In this document: positions 62,860 through 64,000 of the stretch, piece after piece
Layout: every line of letters starts with the position of its first letter
Numbering within the stretch: the stretch's first letter is position 1
NCBI GenBank assembly: GCA_964650385.1
Contig: CAZYTP010000002.1
Span: 5,302 to 69,301, forward strand
DNA: 64,000 nt
Direction: 5' to 3'
Origin: an uncultured Syntrophales bacterium
GTDB lineage: Bacteria > Desulfobacterota > Syntrophia > Syntrophales > JADFWA01
Position numbers and translations under genes: made by a program
Notes under the pieces: model-generated
Databases searched by the model: none
What the model saw: only the letters and a program-made list of their open reading frames with translations
What the model was told of the DNA's origin: nothing

Positions 62860-64000
62860 TTACCTAACCGCTGCTTGGAGTTGTGGGGCTGCTCTGCGCC
62901 GCCATCGTTCAAGCTGAATTTCCGCTTCATCACGGGGCATGGCACCGTGACGGGGCCAGAGATCGAAATCGTGGACTTTCTTTCCCATGGTTTCCCGGGA
63001 CGGATCGTGCACGTAAGGTGATACAGCGTGACTCATGGCAATCTCATAGAATTCCTCGTCGGTCAGTCCGACATAAGTGAGAAAAAGATCAAGGCTCGGC
63101 GGTCGCTTCCCCTCATATTTGTCGATTATTTCCAGTGCTTCTTCGCGTGTCATGCGGTTGTTGCGAATATCGATTGAAGCAAGGTGACACGGCCGTGAAT
63201 ATCCGCGTTTGATATATTTAATGTAATCTCGTACTCCCTGGAAGTGACACTCGATCTTTTCGTATTCGTAGTTCGGGGGGACGTTCTCGACTTCATCACC
63301 CTGCCATCCGAGTTCTTCCTGAATGATTGCAGATTGTTTTTTTACATCCCAGGGAATAAATGAACCGAGACAGACCGAACGACAGTTGATTTTGCGAAGC
63401 TCACGAAGTGGCGGATATCGGTACGGTTGGAGGTCCTGTTCTTTGACAAGGCCTTCGAGTCTGATCAGCATGTCATCGGCACTGATTCCGAGGTTGATGT
63501 ATCGGTTGAATCGCTTTTCGTCTACCTCTTCCGGCTGATCGTATGTGTAGTAAGCCGTATACTCGGCTGACGGTTCGCCCCAGATAACCAGCGGTACGTT
63601 GTGCCGGGCGGCAATCCACATGGGATACGCAAAGATGCCGGTATGGCAGTGCCAGCAGAAATCTCCCTTTTCAAGAAAGCTCTGAAGCATCAGTTTCTGA
63701 ACGACCTTCCAGTTCGGTGTGAAGGTATGAAAATCGACACCGAGAGCCCGCATTGTTCGCAGGGCATTTTTCTGCAGATTCGGCCTCATAAACCCATGGT
63801 CGAAACGGACGACAAGGGGCTTGAGGCCGTATTCTTTGACAAGATAATACAGTGTCCATGTACTGTCTTTTCCTCCGCTGAACGGTACGATACAGTCATA
63901 GTCATATTTGCCGCGATATGATTCAATTAATTTGTCAAACTCTTTTTTCTGTGCATCCCAGTCGATGGCTGTTTTTTTGAACTCATTCTGTTGACAAATA
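62860..64000 (-). CDS. N-acetyl-sugar amidotransferase (PP-loop ATPase, WbpG/PseA/WbuX-like), 5' end beyond the window
   Basis: The frame stays open upstream of ORF-track Met 63789: ...YRGKYDYDCIVPFSGGKDSTWTLYYLVKEYGLKPLVVRFDHGFMRPNLQ, with the PP-loop SGGKDS. Downstream, CHTGIFAYPMWIAARHNVPLVIWGEPSAEY is typical of this family. Confidence 0.85.
   Translation of the reverse strand, partial: ICQQNEFKKTAIDWDAQKKEFDKLIESYRGKYDYDCIVPFSGGKDSTWTLYYLVKEYGLKPLVVRFDHGFMRPNLQKNALRTMRALGVDFHTFTPNWKVVQKLMLQSFLEKGDFCWHCHTGIFAYPMWIAARHNVPLVIWGEPSAEYTAYYTYDQPEEVDEKRFNRYINLGISADDMLIRLEGLVKEQDLQPYRYPPLRELRKINCRSVCLGSFIPWDVKKQSAIIQEELGWQGDEVENVPPNYEYEKIECHFQGVRDYIKYIKRGYSRPCHLASIDIRNNRMTREEALEIIDKYEGKRPPSLDLFLTYVGLTDEEFYEIAMSHAVSPYVHDPSRETMGKKVHDFDLWPRHGAMPRDEAEIQLERWRRRAAPQLQAAVR

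Noticed and set aside
1-64000. Search for tRNA, rRNA, transposase, integrase, toxin-antitoxin or defence genes.
   Set aside because: None were recognised by eye. Every ORF over 100 aa outside the accessory regions is accounted for by flagellar or glycan-biosynthesis functions. A covariance-model scan (tRNAscan/Infernal) would be needed to exclude small RNAs formally.

Overview
This window holds a flagellar super-locus followed by a probable flagellin-glycosylation island. Bases 1-38576 (+ strand) carry five gene blocks in Bacillus/spirochaete-like order: (1) flgB(partial)-flgC-fliE-fliF-fliG-fliH-fliI-fliJ-ylxF/motE-like-fliK-flgD-flgE. (2) motA-motB-like-motB-fliL-fliM-fliN-fliO-fliP-fliQ-fliR-flhB-flhA-flhF-flhG-fliA. 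(3) Seven poorly characterised accessory genes: a FliL-like lipoprotein, a small secreted protein, a soluble histidine-kinase-like protein, two small proteins, a FliK-like protein and an FlhB-C-terminal-domain-only protein. (4) flgF-flgG-flgA-flgH-flgI-flgJ (rod-binding domain only). (5) flgM-flgN-flgK-flgL-csrA-fliW. Bases 38659-44959 (- strand) carry flagellin, a 1041-aa FliD, fliS, an unknown 158-aa ORF and flaG. The L- and P-ring genes imply a diderm host. The taxon cannot be assigned from the sequence alone. From 45.5 kb to the window end lie one + strand methyltransferase and 15 co-oriented - strand genes: a Maf/DUF115 protein, a truncated Maf-N paralogue, two GT2+TPR proteins, two GT9 proteins, a GT4, a CgeB-like GT, an orphan ORF, a DUF4910 aminopeptidase-like protein, a GNAT, a formyltransferase-like protein, HisF/HisH paralogues and a PP-loop N-acetyl-sugar amidotransferase that runs off the window. 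By eye I can support three sigma-54 (-24/-12) promoters, four good and one weak sigma-28 promoters, a CsrA-type GGA hairpin in the flagellin leader and two hairpin terminators. Palindromic repeat families occupy most of the long spacers in the flagellar operons. I saw no rRNA, tRNA, CRISPR array, transposase or integrase. The points most worth a second look are: the unusually complex glycosyltransferase island next to a single flagellin gene; the repeat invasion, including one element nested in the loop of another; a MotB paralogue lacking the channel aspartate; the giant internally duplicated FliD; and the post-fliA accessory cassette with its paired FliK-like and FlhB-C-only genes. All promoter, repeat and domain calls come from manual reading and need computational confirmation.
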